The notes under the pieces are model-generated. The model made no database searches. It had not been told where the DNA came from and was given only the letters and a program-made list of their open reading frames with translations. The position numbers and the translations under genes are program-made. From assembly GCF_009914755.1 (NCBI RefSeq), contig NC_060927.1: DNA of 64,000 bases; one strand, 5' to 3'. Origin of the DNA: the human T2T-CHM13v2.0 reference genome, Homo sapiens. Positions 33,666 through 50,562 of the stretch are shown in pieces (positions within the stretch are counted from its first letter, which is position 1; each line of letters starts with the position of its first letter).

Positions 33666-33945
33666 CTGCACTGTCCTACAGAAATATAATGAAAGCCACA
33701 AATGAAATTTTAAAAATTTCTAGCAGCCATTTGAAAAAGGAAATAAAAGATAAAATTTTAATATTTTATTTAACCCATGTCTAGAATATTTCAGTATAAA
33801 AATTGAGATTTCATTATTTTTTCATATGGAAGCTTCAACATCCAATGTAAATTTTACACTTACATGTCTCAATTTGAATTAGCCACATATTAAATGCTCA
33901 ATAGCTAACTGTAGCTAGTGACTATCTCATATTGGACAGCATAGC
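33666..33945. mobile_element. hAT-Charlie MITE (MER33/MER3-like)
   Basis: ctgcactgtcc...ttggacagca ends, internal tagccacat..aatgctcaatagc. Confidence 0.7.
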
Positions 33946-35002
33946 TCAACCATTTTCAAACGTTTCATGGGGGAACAGAAGCAGCAGGAGACTCAACTCA
34001 GAGCCTCAAAGCTCCACAGAACATAATTTTAACATTGCTGGTCTAGATTATTGCAAAGGTTCTTTCCAGAGAAAAAGGCTATTATTCTTTACGGCAATGG
34101 TCATTCACACTGAACTGCTGTAACCACTTAGCTGAGCTTCAGATAAAGGACCAGTAATGCTATGAATTTATTTTCTATCCATTTCAGTGTTTTTATATAC
34201 ATATGCTTTATCTTGTCCATAATCAGATACTTAAAGACATTCACAATTATTGTGTAACTATAACATATCAGAAAATAATAACCTACCTCAGAGTTTGGTT
34301 GAGATGATTAGAAAGGTTAATTCATTAAGTGCTTAAAATAGTACCTGACATAACAAACACTCAACAGTTAACTGTTATCATCAATACTTCATCATTAATC
34401 CACTACACTATTCTAGAACTGTCCAGCTCTATTCACAACAGGATTAAAACATATTATAGTTTTTCTTCCCAAGGTCAATAAAATTTTCATGCCAGTTGTA
34501 AACTAATCAACATAATAATCTACCTTATACAATGAGACATACAGATTAAAAATAGTAGAATCAGGCCTTCCCATCCTTTTAGTCTCAGAAATACTACCCC
34601 ACAATGATAAAAGGGACAAGAAAAAAAAAAAAACAGTATGTGTAGCTCCCAGCCATATCTACAACAATGGAAAAACAGATTGAGAAACAATATACGAGTT
34701 AGAGTGGAGGAAGATCAAACCTAAGAGCCTATGGAGGGATATACTGTTGAGAAGCAAGCCCACAAACCACAAAGAGCCTTGGAAAGCCTCAGGAATTTTT
34801 CTTAATTGAGCTGTAACGGAAAGCTGTGGTGAGGCAGCAGAACAAGGGCACGGTTTGAAAAAGAGAAAATTAAGAAAACCAGCCTGGTAAATCCAACATT
34901 TGACTTACAGGATATGAGGAAGGAAGGAGCTTCTCAATGAATTAACACAGGAAAATTCCCAAGAACATAGTCTTATACTGAAAGTGCCCTCCTTTACCCT
35001 AT

Positions 35003-35995
35003 CACCACACTGGCTAAATTTTATATTTTTAGTAGAGACGGGATTTCACCATCTTGGCCAGGCTGGTCTCGAACTCCTGATCTCAGGTGATCTGCCCACC
35101 CCGGCCTCCCAAAGTGCTGGGATTACAGGCATGAGCCACCCCGCCCAGCCTCATTATAGTTTTAACTTTTATTTATTTGATAATTAGTGATGTCGACCCT
35201 TTTTTCATGGCCACTTGTATGTCTTCTTTTGAGAAGTATCTTTTCATGTCCTGTGCCCACGTTTTAATGGAGTTGTTTTTTTCTTGTTGTTTGAGTTCCT
35301 TGTAGATTCTGAACATTAGAACTTTGTCAGATAGTGTTAACAAATACTTTCTCCCATTCTGTAGGTTGTCTGTTAAATACATTATTGCTTTTGCTGTGCA
35401 AAAGCTTTTTAGTTTAAGTCCCATTTATCTATTTTTGGTTTTGTTTCCTTTTGAGGACTTACTCATAAATTCTTTGCTTAGACCAATGTCCAGAAGAGTT
35501 TTTCCCAGGTTTTCTTCTAGGATTTTTATAGTTTCAGGTTATACATTTAATTATTGAATCCATCTTGAGTTAATTTTTGTATATGGTAGGGGTACAGTTT
35601 CATTCTTTTGCACACAGCTCTCCAATTTTCCCAGCACTATTCATTGAATAGGGTATCCTTTCCCCAGTATATACTTTTGCCAACTTTGTCAAAGATCAGT
35701 TGGTTGACAGTATGGGGCTTTATTTCTGGACTCTCTATTCCATTCCATTGACTTATATGTCTACTTTTATACCAGTACTGTGCTGTTTTCAATTACTATA
35801 ACCTTGTAGTATAATTTTACATCAGGTAATGTGATACCTCCAGCTTTATATTTTGCTTAAGATGGCTTTGGCAATTGGGGCTCTTTTTTGGTTCTGTATG
35901 AATCCTAGGATTGTTTTTTCTTATTCTGTGAAGAATGACACTGGTAATTGGACAGAAATTGCACTGAATCTGTAGATTGCTTTCGGTAGTATATA
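35003..35995 (-). mobile_element. Alu left-arm fragment (35003-35150) adjoining an L1P/L1PB ORF2 fragment
   Basis: Minus-strand [10 protein letters not shown]...FSKEDIQ L1 ORF2 peptide. Confidence 0.8.
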
Positions 35996-36256
35996 AATTT
36001 TATAATGAAGTTTAATTACATGAAATCAGTAGTCACCAAGAAGAAACAGAATAAAATGAACATCGTGTTAATCAAAGAGTGCCACTGCTACACCTTCAAA
36101 TGGTGTTATGCCAAATACGATCCCTAGACTGGTGGTTATATTCAGACCTATACCTACCTGGGTTCACATGTATCATACATGTATTCCACTTAAATATATG
36201 AATATAAATATATAATCATGCTGTTAAGATTTCTGAGAATAAAAGGAAAGGAAATT

Positions 36257-36566
<310 letters not shown>

Positions 36567-37597
36567 TCACCCAAAAAACAGAACTAATTTAAAAGCTCTG
36601 TGAAAGAAAAGGATCCATTTTCAGTTCAAAAAATAAATAAGAGAAAATTAAGTGGATACATTCAAAGATGATAAAGCAGGTCAAGAACTCATAACTTAAT
36701 TTGCTGCACTCAATATAAAGTCTATTACAATATTACAAAATACCTTTGCCAATAATAAAGTGCTTGATTCATACAACTCTAACAAATAAAATACTGAGGT
36801 TGTAATGTACTGTTGGACTTCACCTAAATGGATTATCTAACGCAGTGTTTCATAAAATGTGTTTTGAGAATATTTCACTATAACTGCAAAATATTTATAA
36901 TAGAATATCTTATTTCTCAAGCATGAGGGTTCTAATTCATCTGCCTTTATGGAATTTCTATAGTGAGGGTCAAATGGTCCTTCAGGCTCCAAAGTCTCTC
37001 CTTAGCAAAAAAAAAAAAAAAAAAAAAAAGTCACTTAAGCCTTATGTCTTTTCATTTCTTTGCCGAATGTAACAGACCATTTGTCAACAGCATTTTCAAA
37101 GGAAGGCTTAAAAAAAAAAAATCAATGTTCTAAATGTCTTTATGAATAATACAGAATTAATCTGGAATAAAAAGACATATTCTGTGAATGAAATTTTACT
37201 TTAAAATGTTAGATAACAAAGAAATGTAAAGACAAACACGAAGCAAGTGTAGCAAACTGTTGACAATTACTGAATCCAAAGGACTGGTTTATGTATGAGG
37301 TTTATTCTTTCTTTTTGTGTATATTTTTACATTTCCAATTTTAAGTTTACAATGAACAGCAACACTTTAGTGGTCACTTGTGAATTAATTAACAAACATA
37401 CATCAAAAAAATCTTAAAGAAGAAAGTTGCACCCTTAGAAAACTAAAATACACTAAACACAAATAGGTGAAAATATTGAATAGTGTAGTTATGCTGAGAA
37501 AATGAGAACCTGAGAGATTTCCCCATTCTTGTATACCACTTTTCAGTACCTCCTCATCCCCACTCCAAAAAAGTGTTGATTTTACAGGGGAGAAGGG

Positions 37598-37601
<4 letters not shown>

Positions 37602-37641
<40 letters not shown>
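37602..37641. repeat. (AC)20 microsatellite, read as (UG)20 in KPNA1 pre-mRNA
   Basis: Perfect dinucleotide run 87 nt into intron 2. Confidence 0.97.
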
Positions 37642-37643
<2 letters not shown>

Positions 37644-37728
37644 CAACTTTGCTAAAATGAAGATAGTTTCAGGCTTAAAATGGAACATTAAATTCTTTAA
37701 AAGAAATGAATAAAGGTAAAGGATTTAC

Positions 37729-37857
37729 CTGCTCTTCTCTTTTCTGCTTTCGTAACTGCAGTCCTTCTTCCTCCCTCCTCCTGCGCATCTCATCGGGATT
37801 CAGAGATTTGTTCTTGTAACTTTTCAGGCGAAAGTTCTCTTTTCCTGGGGTGGTCAT
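37729..37857 (-). CDS. KPNA1: KPNA1 (importin alpha-5) first coding exon (exon 2, full exon 37729-37862), aa 1-43, IBB domain N-part
   Basis: Translates [43 protein letters not shown], the recognised N-terminus of importin alpha-5. Acceptor ttgtattgtag|AAATC-ATG, donor CAG|gtaaat, phase 0. Confidence 0.98.
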
Positions 37858-38005
37858 GATTTCTACAATACAAGTGGGGAGAGAACAAATGAGTTTACTG
37901 TGAAGAGCTCTGTTATTCTAAGAGCTCAGTCTTTTAAACATATACATGCCCAGACATATCCCAAAGGGACATCAGAAATGGCTACTTCCCCTCCCCCACT
38001 CCTGT

Positions 38006-38392
<387 letters not shown>

Positions 38393-39454
38393 TAATCACC
38401 TCAAAAAGAAATCCTGTATTGTTTAAGCTATCATCCCTATTCTGGACATTTCACATGAACAGAACAGAATCATATAATATGCAGTATTTTGTGACTGGCT
38501 TCTTTCACTTAGCATGTTTTCAAGGTTCATCCATGTTGTAGCATATATCAGTACTTCATTTCTTTTTATGGCTGAATAATATTCCATTCTATATATATAC
38601 CCAATTCTATTTATCCATTCGCCAGCTAATGGACATTTGGAATGTTTCCACCTTTCAGCTATTATGAATAACACTTCTACAACATTTGTGGTCAAGTTTT
38701 ACACAGATATGTTTTAATTTCTCTGGGTTATATACCTAAAATTGCTAGGTCATATGGTAACTATGTTTAATTGCTTAAGAAACTGCTCAACTGTTTTTCC
38801 AAAGTGGCTGTGCCATTTTATATTCCCCTCAGCAGCATATGAGGCTTGCAGTATCTCCACATCCTTGCCAGCACTTTGCTATTAAAACTTTCATTGAAAC
38901 CATCCTAGTGGGTGTGAGTGGCAACTCATTGTGGTTTTGGTTTGCAATCCCCTGATGACTAATGAGATAGAGCAACTTTTCACATACGTATTTGGTAACT
39001 GTGTATCTCCCATTAAAATGAAGTCTATTCAAGTGCCTTAGCCCATTTTTAAATTAGGTTGTCCTTTTATTATTGAGTTGTAAGAGTTCTTTTTACATTC
39101 TAGATAAAGGTCCCTTATCAGATATGCTTTTCAAATATAATCTATAGACTGTCTTTTCACTTTCTTGGTGTCCTTTAAAACACAGAAGTTTTAATTTTGA
39201 TGAAGTCCAAATTAATCTGTTTTTTGCTGTTGTTGTTGTTCATGCTTTTGGTGTCATATCCAAGAATCCTTAACCTTGTGTTTCTTTCCAAGAGTTTTAA
39301 CTGATACATTTAAGTCTGTGATCCATTTTGAGTTAATTTTTCTTTGTAGCATGGTATGAGAGTCCAACCTCATTTTTTTGCATGTGTCTATCCAGCTGTC
39401 CCAACAATACTTGTTGAAAAGACTCCTCTTTCTCCACAGAATGGTCTTGGCACC

Positions 39455-39821
39455 TGCTATAGACTGAATGTGTGTCTCACCCAAAATTCATATGTTAAAT
39501 CCTAACTCCCAATGTGATAGTGTTTGAAGGTGAAGCCTTTGAGAGATGATTAGCCCTTAGTGGTAGAGTCCATATGAATAGGATTAAAGCCCTTAAAAAG
39601 AGACCCCCCAAAGAGTTTGCTTGCTCCTTCAGCCATGTGAGGACACAGAGAAAAGATAAGGCATCTGTAAACAAGGAAGCAGGCTCTCACCAGACACTGA
39701 ATCTGCCAGTGCCTTGATCTTGGACTTCCCAGCATCCAGAACTGTGAGAAACAAATTTCTATTGTCTGTTAGCCACCTAGTCTCTGGTATTTCATTACAG
39801 CAACCCAAACGGACCATGACA
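39455..39821 (+). mobile_element. MaLR LTR (MLT1A0-like)
   Basis: TG...CA ends, 367 bp, 5-bp TSD GCACC. Confidence 0.88.
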
Positions 39822-40764
39822 GCACCTTGTTGACAACCAGCTGACTATATACATATATATAGTTTAATTTCTTGACATTCAATTCTATTCCACTGATCTA
39901 TATGTGTATCCCTGTGTCAGCCCCACACTGTCTTGGTTACCATTGCTTCAAAATAAGTTTTGAACTCGAAAAATGTCAGTCTTCTTACTTTTTTGGTTCT
40001 TTTTTCAAGATTGTTTTGGCTATAATTGATCCCTTGCAATTCCATATGAACTTTAGAATCAGTTTGTCAATTTCTATGAAGAAGTCAGCTATGATTCTGA
40101 TAAGAGACTGCACTGTCTGTAGATCAGTTTGGGAAATACCGGCACCTTAATGCTAAATCTTCCACTTATTTAAGATAGGAGCTCTATTTAGATCTTAATT
40201 TCTGTCTATAATGTAATGTAGCTTTCAGAATATGTTTTATACTTTTGTTAAATTCATTCCTAAGTATTTAATTTTTATACCATTGGAAATGAAATTGTTT
40301 TAATTCTCAGACTGTTCACAAATCTAGAAAAATATAACTGATTTTTGTATACTGATCTTGTATTTTACAATCCTGCTGAACTTGTTTAATTGGTGCTAAT
40401 GCTTTATTTGATACACATCATGTCGTCTACAAACAGATAGCTTTACTTCTCCCTTTCCAATTTTGATGTCTTTTACTTCTTTTTCTTGTCTAACTTCCCT
40501 GGCTAGAGCCTCCAATACAATGTTGAATAGAAATAGAGCAGACACCCCTGTCTTATGCTAGACCTTAGAATGAAAGCAGTCTTTTACATTAAGCATGATG
40601 TTACCTTTGGATTTTCTGTAAAGGCACTTTTATCGGGCTGAGAAGTTCCCTCTTATTCCTAGTTGACTGTTTTATAATTAAAGAGTGTCAGATTCTGTCA
40701 AATGCTTTTTCTGTGTCTATTGATATCACAATGTGATTTTTTTTCTTTTTTTTTAACAGACAAG

Positions 40765-41118
<354 letters not shown>

Positions 41119-41404
41119 TCAGAGTGATACCAGCTTCATAAAATGAGTTGGAAAGTATTCCCCAGGAAGATTTTGTCAAGAATTATATTATTTCTTTAAA
41201 TGTTTGGTAAAATTCAGCAGTAAAGCCATATGGGCCTAGGCTGTTTCTTTGCGGGCAGTTCTGTGACTACTATTTCAGTGTCTTCACGTGTTACAGGTCT
41301 ATTCAGATTGTCTGTTCCTCTTATTGAGTCAGTTTTGGTAGTTTTTGTCTTTCCAAAAATTTGTGCACTTCATCTAAACCATTTTATTTACTGGGATACA
41401 ACTG

Positions 41405-42096
<692 letters not shown>

Positions 42097-42299
42097 GAAA
42101 TCTGAAAAATGTTGAGTTTTTCTCAATCTAGCTAAAAGTTTGTCAATTTTATTCATCTTTAATGCTCTCTATTGTTTTCCTATTCTCTATGTCATTAATT
42201 TTCACTCTACTCTTTATTTGCTTCCTTCTGCTTGCTTTAGGTTTACTCTGCTCTTCTTAACTCAGTCACTTAAAGTGGAAAGTTAGGTTACTGATTTGA

Positions 42300-42618
<319 letters not shown>

Positions 42619-43544
42619 ATCCTTTCTTCTTTAACAAAGGCATTCACAACTAAGTTTCCCTTTAAGCACTGCTTTAGCTGTATCCCTAAGTATTCCTACA
42701 CGATGTCTTCATTTTCATTTATCCCAAAGTGTTTTCTGATTTCCTTTTTGATTTCTTCATGGACCCATCAGTTATTTAGGAGTATGTTCTTTAACTTACA
42801 CATATTGGTGAGTTTCTCAAATTTCCTCCTGTTACTGATCTACTTTCTTTCCATTGTGATCAAAGAACAGGATCCTTTTAAAATTTATCTAGCTTGTTTT
42901 GTAGCCCAGCAAAATGCACACATAACACTTGCTATCCTGGAAAACACATATTTCCAGGATATACATATTTCTATTTGAAAATACATATTTTTGACTGCTG
43001 CTGGCTGGTAGTGTGGTCTATACATGTCAGTTAGGTCTAGTGGGTTTATTGTACTGATTCCTTCTTGACCTTCCACCAAGTTGTTCTGTCCTCTACTGAA
43101 AGTGGGGTACTAAAGCCTCCAACTCTTATTACTGAATTCTCTGTTTCTGTCAGTTTTTGCTTCTCTCATTCATTTACTGCATATATCCTAGGACCATTTC
43201 CAGAGGCTTTCCATGGTTGTTTTTGAAATACTTTACCCTAAGTTTACTGGGTAGTGGGTCAGCAGAGCTCCTTATTATGCTAAAAGCTGCATAAATAATT
43301 ACATATACGAACATGATTTTGATGCAAACCTGGGTTGAGAATCACTAATTTATAACATGCTACCACATCTTCTATTTTATTTGGATCTCTTAACAAACCT
43401 TTATGGCAAAAAATATCATTCTCACCTTTTACAGATAAGGAATCAGAAGGCTCACAGAGTGACTTGGCCAGGGTTACACACTAAATACAAGATAGAGCTA
43501 GGATATGAACACAGGTCTCATTATACACCCAGTGATCTACTGAG

Positions 43545-43907
43545 AGAGACTGAATTGTGCCGTCCCCTCAAAACTCTTATGTTGATACCCTAACCACCAG
43601 TGTGACTTGTATTTTGTTATAGTGCCTTTTAGGAGGCAGAGTTAAATGAGGTCATGAGGGTCCCACCCTGATAAGACTGGTGTCGTTATAACAGAATGAG
43701 ACACTAGAGACTTCTCTGAGAGATACAGAGAAAGGCTACATAAGAAGACAAGAATGCAGCTGTCTGCAAGCAAAAGAGTGCCCAGAAATCAACTCTGCTG
43801 GCACCTTGATCTGGAATTCTAGCCTTCAGAACTGTGAGAAAATAAATTTCTGCTTAAGCCACCCAGTCTGCAGTATTTTGTTATGGTAGCCTGAGCAGAT
43901 TAATATG
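43545..43907 (+). mobile_element. MaLR LTR (MLT1A/B-like)
   Basis: gactgaattgtg...agaactgtgagaaaataaatttctg...gcagattaata. Confidence 0.78.
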
Positions 43908-44129
43908 TCTACTCAGTGGAAATCTGGCAGAAACTTTATCAGACTAAAAGGTGGGTGTAATACGGATGAGAACTTGTGAATAATTCCAAGGGAATCATAT
44001 TTAAAGGTGATGAAAAATGATATAAAGAAGAGTGCTGGTTTCCTGAAGCAGGCAGCATTTTAGCTATGAAATATCACAATATGGCACAATAATAGTAGTG
44101 TTGCAATGATGTCCCAAATTCAAAATCTG

Positions 44130-44385
<256 letters not shown>

Positions 44386-45154
44386 GATTCGTTAAGTTTC
44401 AGTTTCAGGTCAAAAAAAGGAAAAAGCCAACAGTAAACTCCAACAAAACCAAAAACCTAAAATTAGACTTAAGGAAGTAACTTAGAGGTCTGTATTCAAT
44501 GTGGAGTTGTAAGGGTAAGCAATTAAAGCCAGTGTTGGAAGCATGCATACATATATATATATATAAAGAAAGAAAGAATAAATGATAAATAAGGCAAAAG
44601 ATAAACAATTGAGAAATGTCAATGAAGGCATATAGGAAGTCTCGTGCACTTCTTAAAACGTTTTTGTAGTTTGAAATGATTCCAAACTTTTTAAAAAATC
44701 TAAAAGGATAGAAATGTTACGCAAAAATTAAATATTCAACTGCTTTTTTATTAAAGTGTCATAGGCAGCAAGTTGAATAAATGAAGCCTAGCCTTCCACA
44801 AGTCCCATGTTCAAATTTGCTTTGCAGACCAATCACATACAGAAGACAGTAGACTTCTGTGAGCCTGTTTCCTCATCTGTACAATGGACATAATGATACC
44901 TCATAAGGTGAAGAACATGTAAAAGCATACTTCCCACTGTCTGGCCCTTGTATAGTTTATACTTGGGAGTTACTGAAATGGTCATTATTTTTTCTCTTTT
45001 GAACTATTAAATATGGTGAATTATATTAATAGACTTTCTAATACCAAATGATCCTGTTTCTTTGGATAAACACACTTGGTGATGGTGTGTATTACCCCTT
45101 TCCAATTCTATTTGTTATATTTGTCACACTGAGAGCTGTTTGAAAAAAAACACG

Positions 45155-45926
45155 GGTATGATTCCAATTATATGACATTCTGGAAGAGGTAAAACCAGAA
45201 ACAAACAAACAAAAAACCCAGTGGCTGCTGGGTGTTTTGGGGGAAGGCAGGATTAACAGGTGGAACACAGAAGAATTCTAGGGCAGGAAAACTATTCTGT
45301 ATGATACAATAGTAGTTAATGCATGCTATTACACATTTGTCAAAACCCAAAGAATGTACAACACTAAGAATGAACCATAATGTAAACCATGGACTTAGAG
45401 TGAGGATGATGTGCCAATGTTGGTTCATCAATTGTTTTAGCTTGATCAGGCTACTGTAACAAAACACCATCAACTGGGTGTCTTATAAACAATAGAAATT
45501 TATTTCTCACAGTTCTAGAGGCTGGAAAGTCCAAATCAAGACCCTGGCTAATTCAGTATCTGGTGAGGACCCACCTCCTGGTTCACAGATGACCATTTTT
45601 TTTCACTGTGTATTCACATAGCAGAAGGGTCTAAGGAGCTCTCTGTGATCTCGTGTAAGGGCACTAATTCCATTCATGAGGGCTCCATTTTCATCACCCA
45701 AAGGCCTCATCTTCAAACACCACCATACTGGAGATTGGGTTCAACACATGAATCGTAAGGGGACATAAACATTCAGTCTACAGCATTACTTGTAACAAAT
45801 GAGCCATTCTGGAGCTTGTGCAATGTTGATGGTGGGAGAGTCTATATTCATGTGGGGGCAAGGGGTTGACGGAAACCCTGTACTTTCCATTCAATTTTGC
45901 TATGAACCCAAAACTGCTCTAAGAAA
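45155..45926 (+). mobile_element. L1MC 3' end interrupted by a minus-strand MaLR LTR (about 45433-45786)
   Basis: 3' UTR homologous to 21340-21700. Internal aatttatttctcacagttctagaggctgg is a MaLR signature. Confidence 0.78.
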
Positions 45927-46314
45927 CTGTCTGTGTGTGTGTGCGTGTGTCTGCGCACACGCATGTATGTGTGTATTTAGACTTCCCACCCCAAGAGGGG
46001 ACAACCAATCTCATTTATGGATACTGGTGAGATTTTTAAGTTTCACTCCTTTCACTCTATTACTTCAATGGATGCATTTAGACTTTGGGTGAGAGAGAGA
46101 GAGAGATTTTTTAAAACATAAATATCTCATCAGTATCCATAAATGAGATTCGTTGCCCCCTCTTAGGATGGAGAGGGGATTACATTTGTTCTGTTGGGAG
46201 AGACTCTTTTTTTTTTTAAACACAAGCCTCAAATGTCCCTCTAAAGAGTCTAATTAATGTGTCTGAAGCAGACAGACACCTCTGGGTTTTTCTTCCTTTT
46301 AAGATCCCCAAGTG

Positions 46315-46593
46315 GGCCAGGCACAGTGGCTCACACCAGTAATCCCATCACTTTGGGAGGCCAAGGGGCGGGCAGATCACTTGAGGTCAGGAGTTCGAGA
46401 CCAGCCTGGCCAACATGGTGAAACCCCGCCTCTACTAAAAATACAAAAATTAGCCAGCATAGTGGCATGCACCTGTGAGTCCAGGTACTTGGGAGGATGA
46501 GGCATAAGTATGGCTTGAACCCGGGAGGCAGAAGTTGCAGTGAGCCAGGATTGTACCACTGCATGCCTCAAAAAAAAAAAAAAAAAAAAAAAA
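46315..46593 (+). mobile_element. AluS
   Basis: Dimer with A tail. Confidence 0.9.
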
Positions 46594-48257
46594 TCCAAGC
46601 AAATTCTGATATGCATCTGCAGTTGAAAATCACTATAGTAGAGCAAAAGTTTTATTTTAAAACAATGTAAAATACAGTTGAAAATGAAGGCTGAAGTTGG
46701 ACTGAAGATAGCTTTGATAGGAAAGAAAGGAAATAAATCTCTATGTCTGTAATAAGAGGAATAACAAAGTAATTGTATGAGAAAATTAGTTTATCCTAAG
46801 CAAATATTTTTAGGTGTTATCACCTAAGCTACTAATTAAAAATTGTAAGTTACTTTTCAAAGTACCCTCTCAGGAATCAGAAGCCTTCAAAATTAAAGCC
46901 ATTATACCTAAATTTCCTCTTGTTTTCTAGAGAAATAAAGCCAAAGAAGCAATAAACTTAAAAACAAGATGCAATACTGGTGGTGAAATAGAAACACACT
47001 CTTTCAAAGACAGATCCCCTCACTTTCTCCTTCATGTCTAGTTACTCAATTATCAAATTTTGCTTATTCTATCCAAAGTCTTTGATTTTATCTGATCCGA
47101 TCTATTCCCACTGCCACCAGCCTGGCTCAAGTCTGTGTCAACTGACACCTAGATAACTACAACAGCTCTAAACCAGCATTCTTAACCTCAGACTCTTTGC
47201 TCCTCAATTCATCCTACACAGCCCTCAGATTAATCTCAACACCCTTTTCACTGTATCACTTCAATGGATAAGGAACTACAACGTTTTTAACCACTTCTTA
47301 GAACAAGTCTAAACTTCTTGGTCCTGCAAGATCCTTTTGTCTGGATTCATTCAATACCATTCTCCACCACTCTAAACCCAAAACAATGAGTGTAGATCTT
47401 TTTATATTTTTATTATATTCAAGATGTTATATATTCAGTGCACTGGGTCAGCCCACCTAATCAGTAAATCTCAAACACATTCTAAATGTTCTGAATATTT
47501 AAAATCCATAATACTCTTGTGGAACAACTTGAAATCCTAATATACTTAATTCCACCATATAAATCAGGCATAATTTTATTAGAAAGTATATGATATGCAT
47601 TTACTATTAAAAACCAAAACTACAAGAAAGTATGACTACAAAAAAGTTATGAATTTAAATAAGTGGAGTATAAGTATAAAGTGTTCAGTTCATTTGAAAA
47701 TATAAATTATTGATGTTAACAGCTTCTAGTCAAACGATAGTAGGTCCGTTTAAAATATTTTAATAGAAATTAGAAAAGAAAATTAAAATTTGAAATATCC
47801 TACCCATTCTTTTCCTATACGATAATTAAGGAGTAGCTTTATTTTTATTAAGAGCATTTCAGTGTTCAATGAAAGCAAAGTTTGAAAAACCCTTCAATAA
47901 AGCTTTTCCTGTGAGAAGTCAATGTGGCAGACATATGATTCATAGGTGTTCATCTCTGGCCTCATCTTATAGCTCTAACCAATAATCCAATGGCAATACA
48001 TATTTTCTTTCACAGCCCAGTTTCAAATGTTTTCCTTTGAGAGGTTTATCATAACCTTTGCCCCAAATTCTGACCCCCAACTCCCAGTATCTATAGGTTC
48101 CCAAGCTGGGAAGTTCTCCAAAGACATTCTCAATATCAAAACACTTAAAGGAAAATATCTGTCAAGGATCTGGAGAACTCAAACCCTGAATTGAATACTT
48201 CCACTTTTAGAATGTACATAAAGGAAACAAAACTAGTAGTATGTGTAAGACTGTTCA

Positions 48258-48797
<540 letters not shown>

Positions 48798-50262
48798 TTA
48801 TTTTATCTTCCAAATTTTCTGTGATAAGCAATATACTGATTATACAAGAAAAAAACTTTCAAAAAGTAGAGCTGAAAGCATATGTTTACTATGATAAAGC
48901 TTATCAACCTACCTAAAACACTGAATTTCTATACTTTTCACTACTATTTTTTCAACTGAGTATGCTGTTATTTCTTCAGAAGTTCTGATCTTTATGGTCT
49001 TTATGAAGGAGAAAAATTATCTCTTATCTAAAAGTTGAATGATTTTTTGGGGGGTTAAAAAAAAAAAAAGACAAATCTTTCCAGAAGATGACATAAAGGG
49101 TTCGTTCCCTCAGTAGTAAAAAAATTTTTAATCGCAAAAACTTGCCTTCATTCAATTCATATCCATTAATGAATTTAATAACCACTGTAATATATCTGTT
49201 TTAAGAACACTTATGAGGGTTTTCAAATTTCAAATCAGGAATTAGCACATATAGACTGCACTTTTCTTCCCATATCATATTAACTCAAAGCCAGAAATTC
49301 AATTTTAATCTTCAATAGGCACACAGTGGTCATTCAAATGCTGTGAAAAAATGAACAGAGGAGAAAACAAAGAGTTTATGTAAAGAAATAAAATGGTAGA
49401 CATGGTAGAATACTAAAATTATAAAGAAATTTTTTTTTCAAATAAATGAACCAGAACCACGGCATAAAGAGAATAGGTAAGCAAAAGAATCAGAGATGGT
49501 GTCAAAACCTAAAAGAAGCCATAAAATAGACAAATTATATGTCACTAGCAAAGTGGAAAACTCTGAAGCCTAACCTGCAAACGAAGAAGGCAATAAGAAA
49601 CAAGCTGATTCACACTACCTACCCACAAACAGGATGCTTCAGACAGATCATCCAGGTACTATCCCTCCTTAAGGTAGTGAGGAGTTGGGCTCAAAATCAG
49701 AAGGTTTGTTGAAAGTCTACAAAACAGCCATCACATGCCCAGATTTCCTCCTCCACTCTTCACAACCAGACAACCATCCTTCAGTAATCCCTTCAAATGG
49801 GTGCTCCAATGCAGGTGAGGGTGGGGGTGAGGTGCCTTATTGATAACAGAATTACATGAGCACAACAGTAAAAACCCAAGCTCCTTTTCTAAAATGAGTT
49901 CTCAAAACATGGCAGCCAGACATACATTCTCCTGGCAAGAGACTGGAGACTCTCAGGGAAACTGACTAGCCCAAGAGAAACAAACCTATGAGTATATGCC
50001 CTCCACCCACCACAAAAAAAATGGCCACCAGCTACTCTCTTCACCCTTCAACAAGCCACACTTAATAGAGCTTCCAATTCAGTTTTTGGCACTTCATTCT
50101 TAAATATGAATGGACAGCCACAAGACTACCAGACATCTGGGGAAAGCCTCAATAAAGAAAAGACAACAATGGTAACAAAATTTTTAAAACTATCATTAAT
50201 ATCCCCAGAAAGAATACAGCATCTATGAAACAACACAAATATACTATAAAATAAGAATGAGA

Positions 50263-50562
50263 GGCTGGACGCGGTAGCTCACGCCTGTAATCCCAGCACT
50301 TTGGGAAGCCGAGGAGGGTGGATCACTTGAGGTCAGGAGTTCAAGACCAGCCTGGCCAACATGGTGAAACCCCGTATCTACTAAAAATACAAAAATTAGC
50401 CAGGCGTAGTGGCGGGCCCCTGTAAACCCAGCTACTCGTGAGGCTGAGTCAGAACAATGGCTTAAGCCCAGGAGGCAGAGGTTGCGGTGAGCCAAGATCA
50501 TGCCACTGCACTCACTTGGGCAACTGAACAAGACTCTCTATCAAACAAAAAAAAAAAAAAAG
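50263..50562 (+). mobile_element. AluS
   Basis: Full dimer among old L1/HAL1-like fragments. Confidence 0.9.

Noticed and set aside
37675-37857. 60-aa ORF as a standalone gene
   Set aside because: It is KPNA1 exon 2 read into the intron. Kept only as a conditional product in the findings.
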